In this document: positions 17,984-20,681 of the stretch, one piece after another
How positions within the stretch are numbered: the first letter of the stretch is position 1
How the letters are laid out: each line of letters starts with the position of its first letter
Assembly: GCA_034722055.1 (NCBI GenBank)
Contig: JAYENL010000100.1
Coordinates: 1 to 20,681, forward strand
Reading direction: 5' to 3'
Origin: Armatimonadota bacterium
Lineage (GTDB): Bacteria > Armatimonadota > Zipacnadia > Zipacnadales > UBA5352
DNA: 20,681 nucleotides
The notes under the pieces: generated by a model
Told to the model about the DNA's origin: nothing
Seen by the model: the letters and a program-made list of their open reading frames with translations, nothing else
Database searches by the model: none
Translations under genes and position numbers: made by a program

Positions 17984-18049
17984 ATCAATCCCGAAAAATG
18001 TCGGCGGCCGGCGACGGTGGCCGGCTTGCTTTGGAAAGGATGCACCGAG

Positions 18050-18244
18050 ATGGCCAAGTGCTACATTTGCGGCAAGGGTCCCAGCACGGGCAGTAACGTG
18101 AGCAACTCACAGCGGCGCACCAAGCGCACCTGGAAGCCCAACCTGCAGCGAGTGCGCGCCATGGTGGACGGCGCGCCCCGGCGCATCAAGGTCTGTACGT
18201 CATGCCTGAAGGCCGGCAAGGTGAAGAAGGCTACTCGCGCCTGA
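18050..18244 (+). CDS. rpmB: 50S ribosomal protein L28 (bL28), four-Cys form
   Basis: ATG 18050 after [52 protein letters not shown], 64 aa. Confidence 0.97.
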   Translation: MAKCYICGKGPSTGSNVSNSQRRTKRTWKPNLQRVRAMVDGAPRRIKVCTSCLKAGKVKKATRA

Positions 18245-18269
18245 TGGATGTCGCTGATGACAGGCTATC

Positions 18270-18298
18270 ACGGCCGGGGATGGCCCCGGCCGTTTATC
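18270..18298 (+). terminator. Hairpin after rpmB
   Basis: ACGGCCGGGG-atgg-CCCCGGCCGT perfect 10-bp stem followed by TTAT (short U-tract). Confidence 0.7.
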
Positions 18299-18336
18299 AT
18301 GCCACCGGCGGCCCTCCGCCGCCGCGCACGGGCTGG

Positions 18337-18366
18337 ATTATAGCACAGCGACTCTGCGCCACGCAA
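18337..18366 (-). promoter_or_regulatory. Near-consensus sigma70 promoter on the minus strand, pointing toward rpmB
   Basis: Minus strand TTGCGT (18366-18361), 18-nt spacer, TATAAT (18342-18337) preceded by TGc. Confidence 0.65.
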
Positions 18367-18417
18367 CCGGCGCATGCCCGCGCCAGCGACGGCCGGAGCC
18401 GGGGGTGGTGATGGTCC

Positions 18418-19758
18418 GTGGCTGACGGCCCCCGCGTGGCCATCAAGACCCTCGGCTGCAAGCTCAACCAGTACGAGAGCGAGCAGATCCGCGAGGACTT
18501 CGAGGCACTGGGCTTCCAGGCCGTGGACTTCGATCAGCCCGCCGAGGTCTACCTGATCAACTCCTGCACCGTGACCCACCGCACCGATCGCGATACCCGC
18601 AGGCTCTCGCGCCAGGCCCGTCGCCGCCAGCCGGAGGCCATGATCATCGTCACCGGCTGCTACGTGCAGATGCAGCCGGAGGTGGTGGAGGGCCTGGGCG
18701 TGGTGGACCTGGTGGCGCGTAACGAGCGCAAGGGGGAGCTGGCACGCGCAGCCGCCGAGTGGCTGGAGGCTCGCGGACGGCTGGACGCTATGCCCGGCGG
18801 GGAGCGGGATCCACAGCGGCTGGTCAGCAGCTTCCCCGACAACACGCGGGCCTTCGTGAAGGTGCAGACGGGCTGCAATGCCAACTGCGCCTATTGCATC
18901 ATCCGCAAGGCCCGGGGGCCCAGCCGCAGCATCCCGCCCGACCTCGCCCTGCGGCAGGCGGAGCGTCTGGCGCTCTCGGGGCACCCGGAGGTGGTGCTCG
19001 TCGGCATCCACCTGGGGGTCTACGGGCACGACCTCGACGAGCCCGGCCTGGACCTCGATGAGCTGACGCGCCGGATGTGCGCCCTGGAGGCACTCCCGCG
19101 GCTGCGGCTGAGCAGCATCGAGCCCATGGAGATCAGTGACGACCTCATCGCGATGGTGGCCGCCGGCGGTCGCGCCCTGCGGCCCGATCCGTCGCTGCCG
19201 GGCCGCGGCATGCTCTGCCGCCATCTGCACATCCCCATGCAGAGCGGCTGCGACGAGACGCTGCGGCGGATGCGCCGGCCCTACGACAGCGCGTCCTACG
19301 GCGACGTGGTGCGGCGGGTGCACGAGGCGGAGCCGCTGGCGGCCATCGGCGCCGACGTGATGACCGGCTTCCCGGGCGAGACCGACGAGGAGTTCCAGCA
19401 GACGGAGGCGCTGGTGCGGGAGCTGCCGGTGAGCTACCTGCATGTCTTCACATACTCGGCCCGACCGGGCACGGACGCGGCCGAGATGCCCGACCAGGTG
19501 GACCCCGAGGTGCGGAAGCAGCGCACGCACGTGCTGCGGGCGCTCTCCCGCGACAAGCGGCGGGCCTTCGCGGAGCGGGCGGTGGGAGAGACGCTGGAGG
19601 TGGTGGTGGAGACGCCGCGCGAGGAGGGCCGGCTCAGTGGCATCTCCGACAACTACCTGCGGGTCGCCTTCGAGGGCTCTGATGAGCTGATCGGCGAGCT
19701 TGTCCCGGTGGAGATCACCCGAGCGCGCGGCGCCGAGGCCATGGGGCGGCTGATCTGA
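18418..19758 (+). CDS. mtaB: tRNA t6A37 methylthiotransferase MtaB (radical SAM, UPF0004 + TRAM)
   Basis: 446 aa; TLGCKLNQYES, INSCTVT, VTGCY, KVQTGCNANCAYCII (CxxxCxxC), RLSSIEP, HLHIPMQSG, GFPGET, HVFTYSARPGT, SDNYLRV. Confidence 0.93.
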   Translation: MADGPRVAIKTLGCKLNQYESEQIREDFEALGFQAVDFDQPAEVYLINSCTVTHRTDRDTRRLSRQARRRQPEAMIIVTGCYVQMQPEVVEGLGVVDLVARNERKGELARAAAEWLEARGRLDAMPGGERDPQRLVSSFPDNTRAFVKVQTGCNANCAYCIIRKARGPSRSIPPDLALRQAERLALSGHPEVVLVGIHLGVYGHDLDEPGLDLDELTRRMCALEALPRLRLSSIEPMEISDDLIAMVAAGGRALRPDPSLPGRGMLCRHLHIPMQSGCDETLRRMRRPYDSASYGDVVRRVHEAEPLAAIGADVMTGFPGETDEEFQQTEALVRELPVSYLHVFTYSARPGTDAAEMPDQVDPEVRKQRTHVLRALSRDKRRAFAERAVGETLEVVVETPREEGRLSGISDNYLRVAFEGSDELIGELVPVEITRARGAEAMGRLI

Positions 19759-20057
19759 GCCGCGGGGGTCTGCCGGGCGCGCAGGGCCCAATGAGGCGTG
19801 GAGCGTGGCGAACACGTGAGACCGACGGTCTGCCGGAGACCGCAAGCGGTCTCAGCTCCACCCCGGCCCAGGACATCCATCTGTGCCGATGCCGAACGGC
19901 ATGGAGGCGAGGGCGCCTGCACTACTTGGCGGCCGATGGGGGTGGAGCCTCTGAGGCCCCTTGGCTTCGTTCGCGCCTTATGCCGGATGCGGCCGCCGCC
20001 CCTCGCTGGCAGCGTCATGTGCGCCATGCAGCGCCCCTGCTCCAAAGCGGCGATGCG

Positions 20058-20591
20058 CTACGCGTCGTTGTCCACCAGTCCCGTCTTCTCGGCGGGCTGG
20101 GGGGCGTCCATGATGGCGGCCGTGTTGCTGTCCGAGCGCGGCTCCATCACGAAGGTCTGCCGCATGTAGACCTCGTCGGGATCGTAGCAGTCAAGCGTTA
20201 TGGTGCCGCGCTGGGTCACGTAGCCGGTGCGGCTGACCAGTATCTCGATGGTGCACGAGCGGCGGGTGCAGTCACGGATGTCGATCCAGTAGGGCCCGCC
20301 GGACCAGTTGTACTGCCAGCCCCGCCATTCCGGCGGGAACTGGCTGCCGAGCTCGCGGTACTCGTCGCTGGTCTTCTCGCCCTGTTGCGTGCCATCGACC
20401 CAGACCGTAACACCGGGCATGGCATTGCCGTCCTGATCCGCAACGTTCAGGTAGACGAAGAGCGTCTTGTCATAGCGGCATCGGCCGTCGTAGTCGTAAT
20501 CGTCGTCCCAGTCGCCTCCGCAGCCGCCCAGCACCAGCAGCACGCCCGCCAGACAGAGGGCCACGGGGCCGGTCGTGAGCAGTCTCCGCAT
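20058..20591 (-). CDS. Small lipoprotein with PEGA/carboxypeptidase-regulatory-like beta domain
   Basis: 177 aa, RBS GGGAGG; basic N-terminus, hydrophobic core and lipobox LGG-C; VADQDGNAMPGVTVWVDG..ILVSRTGY pattern. Confidence 0.8.
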   Translation of the reverse strand: MRRLLTTGPVALCLAGVLLVLGGCGGDWDDDYDYDGRCRYDKTLFVYLNVADQDGNAMPGVTVWVDGTQQGEKTSDEYRELGSQFPPEWRGWQYNWSGGPYWIDIRDCTRRSCTIEILVSRTGYVTQRGTITLDCYDPDEVYMRQTFVMEPRSDSNTAAIMDAPQPAEKTGLVDNDA

Positions 20592-20619
20592 GTGCAGTAC
20601 CTCCCGATCCCGCCAGCAA

Positions 20620-20655
20620 TACTACTCCCCGTAGTTTATACTACAGCATGTAGTA
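20620..20655. promoter_or_regulatory. Tandem palindromic operators TACTAC-N5-GTAGT(A/T), BlaI/MecI/CopY-like
   Basis: TACTAC-tcccc-GTAGTT (20620-20636) and TACTAC-agcat-GTAGTA (20639-20655), 19-bp period, overlapping the -10 and start region. Confidence 0.75.
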
Positions 20656-20667
20656 GGTCGTTGTCAA
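20638..20667 (-). promoter_or_regulatory. Sigma70 promoter of the lipoprotein gene
   Basis: Minus strand TTGACA (20667-20662), 18-nt spacer, TAGTAT (20643-20638). Confidence 0.75.
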
Positions 20668-20681
20668 GCCCTCGGTGCAGG

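Noticed and set aside
18244..18268. GCTGATGAC resembling the 3' end of a fluoride riboswitch
   Set aside because: No 5' aptamer stem; it sits just before the rpmB terminator.
18268..19845. 525-aa minus-strand ORF
   Set aside because: Antisense shadow of mtaB; its CYN residues are simply the translated TGCTATAAT promoter.
19653..20169. ORFs of 130 and 123 aa over the mtaB-lipoprotein gap
   Set aside because: They overlap real genes, lack an RBS and have Arg/Pro/Ala-rich non-coding composition.
1..20681. tRNA, rRNA, CRISPR array, transposase/integrase or defence genes
   Set aside because: No regularly spaced repeats, tRNA arm motifs or relevant protein motifs seen by eye; tRNAscan/Infernal were not run.

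Overview
High-GC bacterial chromosomal segment. The mix of secreted DUF4091 and GHL10-type glycan proteins resembles Armatimonadota-like genomes, but this is an inference only. Left to right: a 3'-truncated multidomain secreted DUF4091/GH123-like protein (minus strand, missing from the ORF track); a secreted VIT-VWA protein with a C-terminal DUF4159-like domain behind an ECF-type promoter; K+-independent membrane pyrophosphatase hppA; and a minus-strand run of DUF1385, argS, a GHL10-like hydrolase, an alpha/beta hydrolase, a second GH-like protein, a sugar-phosphate isomerase and a secreted hypothetical protein. After these come rpmB, mtaB and a small lipoprotein. No tRNA, rRNA, CRISPR array or mobile element was seen. 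The most interesting signals are non-coding: (i) a shared AGG-N19-GAA motif upstream of three carbohydrate-related or secreted genes; (ii) a near-consensus antisense sigma70 promoter facing rpmB, followed by a GGAGG-loop hairpin; (iii) tandem TACTAC-N5-GTAGTW operators over the lipoprotein promoter.
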